Part shown: positions 28,368-44,039 of the stretch, one piece after another
Numbering within the stretch: the stretch's first letter is position 1
Layout: each line of letters opens with the position of its first letter
Assembly: GCA_964016885.1 (NCBI GenBank)
Contig: OZ024760.1
Location: forward strand, 30,504,001-30,568,000
Length of the DNA: 64,000 bases
Origin: Eledone cirrhosa
Lineage: Eukaryota
Direction of reading: 5' to 3'
The notes under the pieces: model-generated
What the model saw: only the letters and a program-made list of their open reading frames with translations
Database searches by the model: none
What the model was told of the DNA's origin: nothing
Translations under genes and position numbers: made by a program

Positions 28368-29559
28368 GTCATGTCATGTAATGTAATGTAATGTGTAATG
28401 TAATGTAATGTAATGTAATATGTAATGTAAGGTAACGTAATGTAATGTAATGTAATGTAATGTAATGTGTAATGTAATGTAATGTAATGTAATGTGTAAT
28501 TTAATGTAATGTAATGAAATGTAATGTAACGTAATGTTTAATGTAATGTAATGTAATGTAATGTGTAATGTGTAATGTAATGTAATGTAATGTAATGTGT
28601 AATGTAATGTAATATAATGTAATGTAATGTAATGTAATGTATGGTAATGTAATGTAATGTGTAATGTAATGTAATGTAATATAATGTAATGTAATGTAAT
28701 GTAATGTAATGTAATGTAAGTAATGTACTGTGTAATGTCATGTAATGTAATATGAAGTGTAATGTAATGTAATGTAATGTAAAGTAATGTAACGTGTAAT
28801 GTAACGTAATGTAATGTAATCTAACGTGTAATGTAATGTAACGTAATGTAATGTAATGTAATGCAATGTAATGTAATGTGTAAAGTAATGTAATGTAATA
28901 TAATGTAACGTGTAATGTAATGTAATGTAATGTAATGTAATGTAATGTGTAATGTAATGTAATGTGTAATGTAATGTAATGTACTGTGTAATGTCATGTA
29001 ATGTAATATGAAGTGTAATGTAACGTAATGTAATGTAATCTAACGTGTAATGTAATGTAATGTAATGTAATGTAATGTAATGTAATGTAATGTAATGTAA
29101 TGTAATGTAATGTCTAGTGTAATGTAACGTAATGTAATTTAATGTGTAATGTAATGTAATGTAATGTAATGTGTAATGTAATGTGTAATGTAATGTAATG
29201 TAATGTAATGTAATGTAATGTAATGTAATATAATGTAATGTGTAATGTAATGTGTAATGTAATGTAATGTAACGTAATGTAATGTAATGTAACGTAATGT
29301 AATGTAATGTGTAATATAATGTAATGTAATGTAATGTAATGTAATGTAATGTGTAATGTAATGTAATGTGTATGTAATGTAATGTATAATGTAATGTAAT
29401 GTAATGTAATGTAACGTAATGTAATGTAATGTAATGTAATGTAATGTAATGTGTAATGTAATGTAATGTGATGTAATGTGTAATGTAATGTAATGTAATG
29501 TAATGTAATGTAATATAATGAAATGTAATATAATGTAATGTAATGTGTAATGTAATGTA

Positions 29560-32500
29560 ATGTAATGTAATGTGATGTAATATAATGTGTAATGTAATGT
29601 AATGTAATGTAATGTGTCATGTAATGTAATGTAATGTGTAATGTAATGTAATGTAATGTAATGTGTAATGTAAGGTAACGTAATGTAATGTAATGTAATG
29701 TGTAATGTAATGTAATGTAAAGTAATGTGTAATGTAATGTAATGTAATGTAATGTAATGTAATGTGTAATGTAATGTAATGTAACGTAATGTAATGTAAT
29801 GTAATGTGTAATGTAATGTAATGTAATGTAATGTAATGTAATGTAATGTGTAATGCAATGTGATGTAATGTAATGTAACGTAATGTAATGTAATGTAATG
29901 TAATGTAATGTAACGTGTAATGTAATGTAATGTGTAATGTAATGTGTAATGTAATGTAATGTAATGTAATGTGTAATGTAATGTAATGTAATGTAATGTA
30001 ATGTAATGTAATGTGTAATGTAATGTAATGTAATGTAATGTAATGTGTAATGTAATGTAATGTAATGTAATGTAATGTAATGTGTAATGTAATGTAATGT
30101 AATGTAATGTGTAATGTAATGTAATGTAATGTAATGTGTAATGTCGTGTAATGTAATGCAATGTGTAATGTAATGTAATGTAATGTCATGTAATGTAATG
30201 TGTAATGTAAGGTAATGTAATGTAATGCAATGTAATGTAATGTGTAATGTAATGTAATGTAATGTAATGTAATCTAATGTAATGTAATGTATTGTAATGT
30301 AATGTGTAATGTAATGTAATGTAATGTAATGTAATGTAATGTAATGTAATGTGTAATGTAATGTAATGTAATGTAATGTGTAATTTCATTTAATGTAATG
30401 TAATGTAATGTAATGTAATGTAATGTAGTGTAATGTAATGTGTAATGTAATGTGTAATGTAATGTAATGTAATGTAATATAATCTAATGTAATGTAATCT
30501 AATGTGTAAAGTAATGTAATGTAATATAATGTAATGAGTAATGTAATGTAATGTAATGTAATGTAATGTAATGTAATGTAATGTGTAACATAACGTAATG
30601 TAATGTAATGTAATGTAATGTAATGTGTAATGTGTAATGTGTAATGTAATGTAATGTAATGTAATGTAATGTGTAATGTAATGTAATGTAACGTAATGTA
30701 ATGTAATGTAATGTAATGTGTAATGTAATGTAATGTAATGTAATATAATGTAAAGTGTAATGTATTGTAATGTAATGTAATGTGTAATGTAATGTAATGT
30801 AATGTAATGTAATATAATGTAATGTAATGTAATGTAATGTAATGTAATGTAGTGTAATATAATGTAATATAATGTAATGTGTAATGTAATGTAATGTAAT
30901 GTGTAATGTAATGTAATGTAATGTAATGTGTAATGTCATGTAATGTAATGTAATGTAATGTGTAATTTAATGTAATGTAATGTATTGTAATGTAATGTAA
31001 TGTAATGTAATGTAATGTAATGTAATGTAATGTAATGTAATGTAATGTAATGTAATGTAATGTAATGTAATGTAATGTAATGTATGGTAATGTAATGTAA
31101 TGTAATGTAATGTGATGTAATATAATGTGTAATGTAATGTAATGTAATGTAATGTGTCATGTAATGTAATGTAATGTGTAATGTAATGTAATGTAATGTA
31201 ATGTGTAATGTAAGGTAACGTAATGTAATGTAATGTAATGTGTAATGTAATGTAATGTAATGTAATGTGTAATGTAATGTAATGTAATGTAATGTAATGT
31301 AATGTGTAATGTAATGTAATGTAACGTAATGTAATGTAATGTAATGTGTAATGTAATGTAATGTAATGTAATGTAATGTAATGTAATGTGTAATGCAATG
31401 TAATGTAATGTAATGTAACGTAATGTAATGTAATGTAATGTAATGTAATGTAACGTGTAATGTAATGTAATGTAATGTAATGTAATGTGTAATTTAATGT
31501 GTAATGTAATGTAATGTAATGTAATGTGTAATGTAATGTAATGTAATGTAATGTAATGTAATGTAATGTAATGTAATGTAATGTAATGTGTAATGTAATG
31601 TAATGTAATGTAATGTAATGTGTAATGTAATGTAATGTAATGTAATGTAATGTGTAATGTAATGTAATGTAATGTAATGTGTAATGTAATGTAATGTAAT
31701 GTGTAATGTCATGTAATGTAATGTAATGTGTAATGTAATGTAATGTAATGTCATGTAATGTAATGTGTAATGTAAGGTAATGTAATGTAATGCAATGTAA
31801 TGTAATGTGTAATGTAATGTAATGTAATGTAATGTAATGTAATCTAATGTAATGTAATGTATTGTAATGTAATGTGTAATGTAATGTAATGTAATGTAAT
31901 GTAATGTAATGTAATGTAATGTAATGTGTAATGTAATGTAATGTAATGTAATGTGTAATTTCATTTAATGTAATGTAATGTAATGTAATGTAATGTAATG
32001 TAGTGTAATGTAATGTGTAATGTAATGTGTAATGTAATGTAATGTAATGTAATATAATCTAATGTAATGTAATCTAATGTGTAAAGTAATGTAATGTAAT
32101 ATAATGTAATGAGTAATGTAATGTAATGTAATGTAATGTAATGTAATGTAATGTAATGTAATGTGTAACATAACGTAATGTAATGTAATGTAATGTAATG
32201 TAATGTGTAATGTGTAATGTGTAATGTAATGTAATGTAATGTAATGTAATGTAATGTGTAATGTAATGTAATGTAACGTAATGTAATGTAATGTAATGTA
32301 ATGTGTAATGTAATGTAATGTAATGTAATGTAATATAATGTAAAGTGTAACGTATTGTAATGTAATGTAATGTGTAATGTAATGTAATGTAATGTAATGT
32401 AATGTAATGTAATATAATGTAATGTAATGTAATGTAATATAATGTAATGTAGTGTAATATAATGTAATATAATGTAATGTGTAATGTAATGTAATGTAAT

Positions 32501-32700
32501 GTAATGTGTAATGTAATGTAATGTAATGTAATGTAATGTGTAATGTCATGTAATGTAATGTAATGTGTAATTTAATGTAATGTAATGTATTGTAATGTAA
32601 TGTAATGTAATGTAATGTAATGTAATGTAATGTAATGTAATGTAATGTAATGTAATGTAATGTATGGTAATGTAATGTAATGTAATGTAATGTAATGTAA
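29560..32700 (+). repeat. Diverged tandem duplication, period about 1.55-1.58 kb
   Basis: TTTCATTT at 30384/31959, GAG marker at 30536/32111, AACATAACG at about 30587/32167. End points are approximate. Confidence 0.7.
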
Positions 32701-35700
32701 TGTATGGTAATGTAATGTAATGTAATGTAATGTGTAATGGAATGTAATGTAATGTAATGTAATGTATTGTAATGTAATGTAATGTGTAATGTAATGTAAT
32801 GTAATGTAATGTAATGTAATGTAATGTAATGTAATGTAATGTAATGTAATGTATGGTAATGTAATGTAATGTGTAATGTAAGGTAACGTAATGTAATGTA
32901 ATGTGTAATGTAATGTAATGTAATGTGTAATTTAATGTAATGTAATGTAATGTAATGTAATGTAATGTGTAATGTAATGTGTAATATAATTTAATGTAAT
33001 GTAATGTAATATAATGTAATGTGTAATGTAATGTGTAACGTAATGTAATGTAACGTAATGTAATGTACTGTGTAATGTAATGTAATGTAATGTAATGTAC
33101 AGTAATGTAATGTGTAATGTAATGTAATGTGTAATGTAATGTAATGTATAATGTAATGTAATGTAATGTAATGTAATGTGTAACGTAATGTGTAACGTAA
33201 TGTAATGTAATGTAATGTAATGTAATTTAATGTAATGTGTAATGTGTAACGTGTAATGTAATGTAATGTAATGTAATGTAATGTAATGTGTAATGTAATG
33301 TAATGTAATGTAATGTAATGTAATGTAATGTGTAATGTGTAACGTGTAATGTAATGTAATGTAATGTAATGTAATGTAATGTAATGTGTAATGTAATGTA
33401 ATGTAATGTAATGTGAAATGTAATGTAATGTAATGTAATGTAATGTGTAATGTAATGTAATGTAATGTGTAATGTAATGTAATGTAATGTAATGTAATGT
33501 GTAATGTAATGTAATGTAATGTAATGTGTAATGTAATGTAATGTAATGTAATGTAATATAATGTAATGTAATGTGTAATGTAATGTAATGTAATGTAATG
33601 TGTAATGTAATGTAATGTAATGTGTAATGTAATGTAATGTAATGTAATGTAATGTGTGATGTCATGTCATGTAATGTAATGTAATGTGTAATGTAATGTA
33701 ATGTAATGTAATATGTAATGTAAGGTAACGTAATGTAATGTAATGTGATGTAATGTGTAATGTAATTTAATGTAATGTAATGTGTAATTTAATGTAATGT
33801 AATGAAATGTAATGTAACGTAATGTTTAATGTAATGTAATGTAATGTAATGTAATGTAATGTAATGTAATGTGTAATGTGTAATGTAATGTAATGTAATG
33901 TAATGTGTAATGTAATGTAATGTAATGTAATGTAATGTAATGTAATGTTATGTAATGTATGGTAATGTAATGTAATGTAATGTGTAATGTAATGTAATGT
34001 AATGTAATGTAATGTAATGTAATGTAAGTAATGTACTGTGTAATATCATGTAATGTAATATGAAGTGTAATGTAATGTAATGTAATGTAAAGTAATGTAA
34101 CGTGTAATGTAACGTAATGTAATGTAATCTAACGTGTAATGTAATGTAATGTAATATAATGTAATGCAATGTAATGTAATGTGTAAAGTAATGTAATGTA
34201 ATATAATGTAACGTGTAATGTAATGTAATGTAATGTAATGTAATGTAATGTGTAATGTAATGTAATGTGTAATGTAATGTAATGTACTGTGTAATGTCAT
34301 GTAATGTAATATGAAGTGTAATGTAATGTAATGTAATGTAATGTAACGTGAATATGTAACGTAATGTAATGTAATGTAATGTAATGTAATGTAATGTAAT
34401 GTAATGTAATGTAATGTAATGTAATGTAATGTAATGTAATGTCTAGTGTAATGTAACGTAATGTAATGTAATGTGTAATGTAATGTAATGTAATGTAATG
34501 TGTAATGTAATGTGTAATGTAATGTAATGTAATGTAATGTAATGTAATGTGTAATGTAATGTGTAATGTAATGTAATGTAACGTAATGTAATGTAATGTA
34601 ACGTAATGTAATGTAACGTAATGTAATGTAATGTGTAATATAATGTAATGTAATGTAATGTAATGTAATGTGTAATGTAATGTAATGTGTAATGTAATGT
34701 AATGTATAATGTAATGTAATGTAATGTAACGTAACGTAACGTAATGTAATGTAATGTAATGTAATGTAATATGTAATGTAATGTAATGTGATGTAATGTG
34801 TAATGTAATGTAATGTAATGTAATGTAATGTAATGTGTAATGTAATGTAATGTAATGTAATGTAATGTAATATAATGTGTAATGTAATGTAATGTAATGT
34901 AATGTGTCATGTAATGTAATGTAATGTGTAATGTAATGTAATGTAATGTAATGTAATGTAATGTGTAATGTAAGGTAACGTAATGTAATGTAATGTAATG
35001 TGTAATGTAATGTAATGTGTAATGTAATGTAATGTAATGTAATGTAATGTAATGTAATGTGTAATGTAATGTAATGTAATGTAATGTAACGTAATGTAAT
35101 GTAATGTAATGTAATGTAATGTAATGTGTAATGTAATGTAATGTAATGTAATGTAATGTGTAATGTAATGTGTAATGTAATGTAATGTAATGTAATGTGT
35201 AATGTAATGTAATGTAATGTAATGTAATGTAATGTAATGTAATGTGTAATGTAATGTAATGTAATGTAATGTAATGTGTAATGTAATGTAATGTAATGTA
35301 ATGCAATGTGTAATGTAATGTAATGTAATGTAATGTGTAATGTCATGTAATGTAATGTAATGTGTAATGTAATGTAATGTAATGTCATGTAATGTAATGT
35401 GTAATGTAAGGTAATGTAATGTAATGCAATGTAATGTAATGTGTAATGTAATGTAATGTAATGTAATGTATTGTAATGTGTAATGTAATGTAATGTAATG
35501 TAATGTAATGTAATGTAATGTAATGTGTAATGTAATGTAATGTAATGTGTAATGTAATGTAATGTAATGTAATGTAATGTAACGTAATGTAATGTAATGT
35601 AGTGTAATGTAATGTGTAATGTAATGTGTAATGTAATGTAATGTAATGTAATATAATCTAATGTAATGTAATCTAATGTGTAAAGTAATGTAATGTAATA

Positions 35701-36496
35701 TAATGTAATGAGTAATGTAATGTAATGTAATGTAATGTAATGTAATGTAATGTGTAACGTAACGTAATGTAATGTAATGTAATGTAATGTAATGTGTAAT
35801 GTGTAATGTGTAATGTAATGTAATGTAATGTAATGTAATGTAATGTGTAATGTAATGTAATGTAACGTAATGTAATGTAATGTAATGTAATGTAATGTGT
35901 AATGTAATGTAATGTAATGTAATATAATGTAAAGTGTAACGTAATGTAATGTAATGTAATGTGTAATGTAATGTAATGTAATGTAATGTAATGTAATATA
36001 ATGTAATGTAGTGTAATGTAATGTAATGTAATGTAGTGTAATATAATGTAATATAATGTAATGTGTAATGTAATGTAATGTAATGTGTAATGTAATGTAA
36101 TGTAATGTAATGTAATGTGTAATGTCATGTAATGTAATGTAATTGAATGTAATGTAATGTGTAATGTAAGGTAACGTAATGTAATGTAATGTAATGTAAT
36201 GTGTAATGTAATGTAATGTAATGTAATGTGTAATTTAATGTAATGTAATGTAATGTAATGTAATGTAATGTGTAATGTAATGTAATGTAATGTAATGTAA
36301 TGTGTAATGTAATGTAATGTAATGTAATGTAATGTAATGTAATGTAATGTAATGTAATGTAATGTAATGTAATGTATGGTAATGTAATGTAATGTAATGT
36401 AATGTGTAATGGAATGTAATGTAATGTAATGTAATGTAATATAATGTGTAATGTAATGTAATGTAATGTAATGTGTAATGTAATGTAATGTAATGT

Positions 36497-36999
36497 AATA
36501 TAATATAATATAATATAATATAATATAATATAATATAATATAATATAATATAATATAATATAAAATAATATAATATAATATGTAATGTAATGTAATGTAA
36601 TGTAATGTGTAATGTAATGTAATGTAATGTAATGTGTAATTTAATGTAATGTAATGTAATGTAATGTAATGTAATGTGTAATGTAATGTAATGTAATGTA
36701 GTGTAATGTGTAATGTAATGTAATGTAATGTAATGTAATGTAATGTGTAATGTAATGTAATGTAATGTAATGTAATGTAATGTAATGTATGGTAATGTAA
36801 TGTAATGTAATGTAATGTGTAATGGAATGTAATGTAATGTAATGTAATGTAATATAATGTGTAATGTAATGTAATGTAATGTAATGTAATGTGTAATGTA
36901 ATGTAATGTAATGTAATGTAATATAATATAATATAATATAATATAATATAATATAATATAATATAATATAATATAATATAATATAAAATAATATAATAT
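36497..36999 (+). repeat. Paired (AATAT)n islands (36497-36581, 85 bp; 36920-36999, 80 bp), AAAAT type, from a duplication of about 420 bp
   Basis: Read directly; each island is preceded by the ATGGT..AATGG..AATATAATGTG block. Confidence 0.93.
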
Positions 37000-39469
37000 G
37001 TAATGTAATGTAATGTAATGTAATGTAATGTAATGTGTAATGTAATGTAATGTAATGTAATGTAATGTAATGTAATGTAATGTAATGTAATGTAATGTGT
37101 AATGTAATGTAATGTAACGTAATGTAATGTAATGTAATGTGTAATTTAATGTAATGTAATGTATTGTAATGTAATGTAATGTAATGTAATGTAATGTAAT
37201 GTAATGTAATGTAATGTAATGTAATGTAATGTAATGTAATGTATGGTAATGTAATGTAATGTAATGTAATGTAATGTAATGTAATGTAATGTAATGTAAT
37301 GTATGGTAATGTAATGTAATGTGTAATGTAAGGTAACGTAATGTAATGTAATGTGTAATGTAATGTAATGTAATGTGTAATTTAATGTAATGTAATGTAA
37401 TGTAATGTAATGTAATGTGTAACGTAATGTGTAATATAATTTAATGTAATGTAATGTAATATAATGTAATGTGTAATGTAATGTGTAACGTAATGTAATG
37501 TAACGTAATGTAATGTACTGTGTAATGTAATGTAATGTAATGTAATGTACAGTAATGTAATGTGTAATGTAATGTAATGTGTAATGTAATGTAATGTATA
37601 ATGTAATGTAATGTAATGTAATGTAATGTGTAACGTAATGTGTAACGTAATGTAATGTAATGTAATGTAATGTAATTTAATGTAATGTGTAATGTGTAAC
37701 GTGTAATGTAATGTAATGTAATGTAATGTAATGTAATGTGTAATGTAATGTAATGTAATGTAATGTAATGTAATGTAATGTGTAATGTGTAACGTGTAAT
37801 GTAATGTAATGTAATGTAATGTAATGTAATGTAATGTGTAATGTAATGTAATGTAATGTAATGTGAAATGTAATGTAATGTAATGTAATGTAATGTGTAA
37901 TGTAATGTAATGTAATGTGTAATGTAATGTAATGTAATGTAATGTAATGTGTAATGTAATGTAATGTAATGTAATGTGTAATGTAATGTAATGTAATGTA
38001 ATGTAATATAATGTAATGTAATGTGTAATGTAATGTAATGTAATGTAATGTGTAATGTAATGTAATGTAATGTAATGTGTAATGTAATGTAATGTAATGT
38101 AATGTAATGTGTGATGTCATGTCATGTAATGTAATGTAATGTGTAATGTAATGTAATGTAATGTAATATGTAATGTAAGGTAACGTAATGTAATGTAATG
38201 TAATGTAATGTGTAATGTAATTTAATGTAATGTAATGTGTAATTTAATGTAATGTAATGAAATGTAATGTAACGTAATGTTTAATGTAATGTAATGTAAT
38301 GTAATGTAATGTAATGTAATGTAATGTGTAATGTGTAATGTAATGTAATGTAATGTAATGTGTAATGTAATGTAATGTAATGTAATGTAATGTAATGTAA
38401 TGTTATGTAATGTATGGTAATGTAATGTAATGTAATGTGTAATGTAATGTAATGTAATGTAATGTAATGTAATGTAAGTAATGTACTGTGTAATATCATG
38501 TAATGTAATATGAAGTGTAATGTAATGTAATGTAATGTAAAGTAATGTAACGTGTAATGTAACGTAATGTAATGTAATCTAACGTGTAATGTAATGTAAT
38601 GTAATATAATGTAATGCAATGTAATGTAATGTGTAAAGTAATGTAATGTAATATAATGTAACGTGTAATGTAATGTAATGTAATGTAATGTAATGTAATG
38701 TGTAATGTAATGTAATGTGTAATGTAATGTAATGAACTGTGTAATGTCATGTAATGTAATATGAAGTGTAATGTAATGTAATGTAATGTAATGTAACGTG
38801 AATATGTAACGTAATGTAATGTAATCTAACGTGTAATGTAATGTAATGTAATGTAATGTAATGTAATGTAATGTAATGTAATGTAATGTAATGTAATGTA
38901 ATGTCTAGTGTAATGTAACGTAATGTAATGTAATGTGTAATGTAATGTAATGTAATGTAATGTGTAATGTAATGTGTAATGTAATGTAATGTAATGTAAT
39001 GTAATGTAATGTGTAATGTAATGTGTAATGTAATGTAATGTAACGTAATGTAATGTAATGTAACGTAATGTAATGTAACGTAATGTAATGTAATGTGTAA
39101 TATAATGTAATGTAATGTAATGTAATGTAATGTGTAATGTAATGTAATGTGTAATGTAATGTAATGTATAATGTAATGTAATGTAATGTAACGTAACGTA
39201 ACGTAATGTAATGTAATGTAATGTAATGTAATGTGTAATGTAATGTAATGTGATGTAATGTGTAATGTAATGTAATGTAATGTAATGTAATGTAATGTGT
39301 AATGTAATGTGTAATGTAATGTAATGTAATGTAATGTAATGTAATATAATGTGTAATGTAATGTAATGTAATGTAATGTGTCATGTAATGTAATGTAATG
39401 TGTAATGTAATGTAATGTAATGTAATGTAATGTAATGTGTAATGTAAGGTAACATAATGTAATGTAATG

Positions 39470-41480
39470 TAATGTGTAATGTAATGTAATGTGTAATGTA
39501 ATGTAATGTAATGTAATGTAATGTAATGTAATGTAATGTAATGTGTAATGTAATGTAATGTAATGTAATGTAACGTAATGTAATGTAATGTAATGTAATG
39601 TAATGTAATGTGTAATGTAATGTAATGTAATGTAATGTAATGTGTAATGTAATGTGTAATGTAATGTAACGTAATGTAATGTGTAATGTAATGTAATGTA
39701 ATGTAATGTAATGTAATGTAATGTAATGTAATGTGTAATGTAATGTAATGTAATGTAATGTAATGTGTAATGTAATGTAATGTAATGTAATGCAATGTGT
39801 AATGTAATGTAATGTAATGTAATGTGTAATGTCATGTAATGTAATGTAATGTGTAATGTAATGTAATGTAATGTCATGTAATGTAATGTGTAATGTAAGG
39901 TAATGTAATGTAATGCAATGTAATGTAATGTGTAATGTAATGTAATGTAATGTAATGTATTGTAATGTGTAATGTAATGTAATGTAATGTAATGTAATGT
40001 AATGTAATGTAATGTGTAATGTAATGTAATGTAATGTAATGTGTAATGTAATGTAATGTAATGTAATGTAATGTAACGTAATGTAATGTAATGTAGTGTA
40101 ATGTAATGTGTAATGTAATGTGTAATGTAATGTGTAATGTAATGTAATGTAATGTAATATAATCTAATGTAATGTAATCTAATGTGTAAAGTAATGTAAT
40201 GTAATATAATGTAATGAGTAATGTAATGTAATGTAATGTAATGTAATGTGTAACGTAACGTAATGTAATGTAATGTAATGTAATGTAATGTGTAATGTGT
40301 AATGTGTAATGTAATGTAATGTAATGTAATGTAATGTAATGTGTAATGTAATGTAATGTAACGTAATGTAATGTAATGTAATGTAATGTGTAATGTAATG
40401 TAATGTAATGTAATATAATGTAAAGTGTAACGTAATGTAATGTAATGTAATGTGTAATGTAATGTAATGTAATGTAATGTAATGTAATGTAATGTAATGT
40501 AATGTGTAATGTAATGTAATGTGTAATGTAATGTAATGTAATGTAATGTAATGTAATGTGTAATGTAATGTAATGTAATGTAATGTAACGTAATGTAATG
40601 TAATGTAATGTAATGTAATGTAATGTGTAATGTAATGTAATGTAATGTAATGTAATGTGTAATGTAATGTGTAATGTAATGTAATGTAATGTAATGTGTA
40701 ATGTAATGTAATGTAATGTAATGTAATGTAATGTAATGTAATGTGTAATGTAATGTAATGTAATGTAATGTAATGTGTAATGTAATGTAATGTAATGTAA
40801 TGCAATGTGTAATGTAATGTAATGTAATGTAATGTGTAATGTCATGTAATGTAATGTAATGTGTAATGTAATGTAATGTAATGTCATGTAATGTAATGTG
40901 TAATGTAAGGTAATGTAATGTAATGCAATGTAATGTAATGTGTAATGTAATGTAATGTAATGTAATGTATTGTAATGTGTAATGTAATGTAATGTAATGT
41001 AATGTAATGTAATGTAATGTAATGTGTAATGTAATGTAATGTAATGTGTAATGTAATGTAATGTAATGTAATGTAATGTAACGTAATGTAATGTAATGTA
41101 GTGTAATGTAATGTGTAATGTAATGTGTAATGTAATGTAATGTAATGTAATATAATCTAATGTAATGTAATCTAATGTGTAAAGTAATGTAATGTAATAT
41201 AATGTAATGAGTAATGTAATGTAATGTAATGTAATGTAATGTAATGTAATGTGTAACGTAACGTAATGTAATGTAATGTAATGTAATGTGTAATGTGTAA
41301 TGTGTAATGTAATGTAATGTAATGTAATGTAATGTAATGTGTAATGTAATGTAATGTAACGTAATGTAATGTAATGTAATGTAATGTAATGTGTAATGTA
41401 ATGTAATGTAATGTAATATAATGTAAAGTGTAACGTAATGTAATGTAATGTAATGTGTAATGTAATGTAATGTAATGTAA
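39470..41480 (+). repeat. Tandem duplication, period about 1.0 kb, inherited again at about 46440-48380
   Basis: GAG marker at 40216/41209 (993 bp) and 47104/48092 (988 bp); the GTCATG..AAGGT..GCAAT..ATTGT block is likewise doubled. Confidence 0.8.
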
Positions 41481-41997
41481 TGTAATATAATGTAATGTAA
41501 TGTAATGTAATGTAATGTAATGTAGTGTAATATAATGTAATATAATGTAATGTGTAATGTAATGTAATGTAATGTGTAATGTAATGTAATGTAATGTAAT
41601 GTAATGTGTAATGTCATGTAATGTAATGTAATTGAATGTAATGTAATGTGTAATGTAAGGTAACGTAATGTAATGTAATGTAATGTAATGTGTAATGTAA
41701 TGTAATGTAATGTAATGTGTAATTTAATGTAATGTAATGTAATGTAATGTAATGTAATGTGTAATGTAATGTAATGTAATGTAATGTAATGTGTAATGTA
41801 ATGTAATGTAATGTAATGTAATGTAATGTGTAATGTAATGTAATGTAATGTAATGTAATGTAATGTAATGTATGGTAATGTAATGTAATGTAATGTAATG
41901 TGTAATGGAATGTAATGTAATGTAATGTAATGTAATATAATGTGTAATGTAATGTAATGTAATGTAATGTAATGTGTAATGTAATGTAATGTAATGT

Positions 41998-42495
41998 AAT
42001 ATAATATAATATAATATAATATAATATAATATAATATAATATAATATAATATAATATAATATAAAATAATATAATATAATATGTAATGTAATGTAATGTA
42101 ATGTAATGTGTAATGTAATGTAATGTAATGTAATGTGTAATTTAATGTAATGTAATGTAATGTAATGTAATGTAATGTGTAATGTAATGTAATGTAATGT
42201 AGTGTAATGTGTAATGTAATGTAATGTAATGTAATGTAATGTAATGTGTAATGTAATGTAATGTAATGTAATGTAATGTAATGTAATGTATGGTAATGTA
42301 ATGTAATGTAATGTAATGTGTAATGGAATGTAATGTAATGTAATGTAATGTAATATAATGTGTAATGTAATGTAATGTAATGTAATGTAATGTGTAATGT
42401 AATGTAATGTAATGTAATATAATATAATATAATATAATATAATATAATATAATATAATATAATATAATATAATATAATATAAAATAATATAATAT
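41998..42495 (+). repeat. Paired (AATAT)n islands (41998-42082; 42416-42495), AAAAT type
   Basis: Read directly; offset 418 bp. Confidence 0.93.
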
Positions 42496-44039
42496 GTAAT
42501 GTAATGTAATGTAATGTAATGTAATGTAATGTGTAATGTAATGTAATGTAATGTAATGTAATGTAATGTAATGTAATGTAATGTAATGTGTAATGTAATG
42601 TAATGTAACGTAATGTAATGTAATGTAATGTGTAATTTAATGTAATGTAATGTATTGTAATGTAATGTAATGTAATGTAATGTAATGTAATGTAATGTAA
42701 TGTAATGTAATGTAATGTAATGTAATGTAATGTATGGTAATGTAATGTAATGTAATGTAATGTAATGTAATGTATGGTAATGTAATGTAATGTAATGTAA
42801 TGTGTAATGGAATGTAATGTAATGTAATGTAATGTATTGTAATGTAATGTAATGTGTAATGTAATGTAATGTAATGTAATGTAATGTAATGTAATGTAAT
42901 GTAATGTAATGTAATGTATGGTAATGTAATGTAATGTGTAATGTAAGGTAACGTAATGTAATGTAATGTGTAATGTAATGTAATGTAATGTGTAATTTAA
43001 TGTAATGTAATGTAATGTAATGTAATGTAATGTGTAACGTAATGTGTAATATAATTTAATGTAATGTAATGTAATATAATGTAATGTGTAATGTAATGTG
43101 TAACGTAATGTAATGTAACGTAATGTAATGTACTGTGTAATGTAATGTAATGTAATGTAATGTACAGTAATGTAATGTGTAATGTAATGTAATGTGTAAT
43201 GTAATGTAATGTATAATGTAATGTAATGTAATGTAATGTAATGTGTAACGTAATGTGTAACGTAATGTAATGTAATGTAATGTAATGTAATTTAATGTAA
43301 TGTGTAATGTGTAACATGTAATGTAATGTAATGTAATGTAATGTAATGTAATGTGTAATGTAATGTAATGTAATGTAATGTAATGTAATGTAATGTGTAA
43401 TGTGTAACGTGTAATGTAATGTAATGTAATGTAATGTAATGTAATGTAATGTAATGTGTAATGTAATGTAATGTAATGTAATGTGAAATGTAATGTAATG
43501 TAATGTAATGTAATGTGTAATGTAATGTAATGTAATGTGTAATGTAATGTAATGTAATGTGTAATGTAATGTAATGTAATGTAATGTAATATAATGTAAT
43601 GTAATGTGTAATGTAATGTAATGTAATGTAATGTGTAATGTAATGTAATGTAATGTAATGTGTAATGTAATGTAATGTAATGTAATGTGTGATGTCATGT
43701 CATGTAATGTAATGTAATGTGTAATGTAATGTAATGTAATGTAATATGTAATGTAAGGTAACGTAATGTAATGTGTAATGTAATTTAATGTAATGTAATG
43801 TGTAATTTAATGTAATGTAATGAAATGTAATGTAACGTAATGTTTAATGTAATGTAATGTAATGTAATGTAATGTAATGTAATGTAATGTGTAATGTGTA
43901 ATGTAATGTAATGTAATGTAATGTGTAATGTAATGTAATGTAATGTAATGTAATGTAATGTAATGTTATGTAATGTATGGTAATGTAATGTAATGTAATG
44001 TGTAATGTAATGTAATGTAATGTAATGTAATGTAATGTA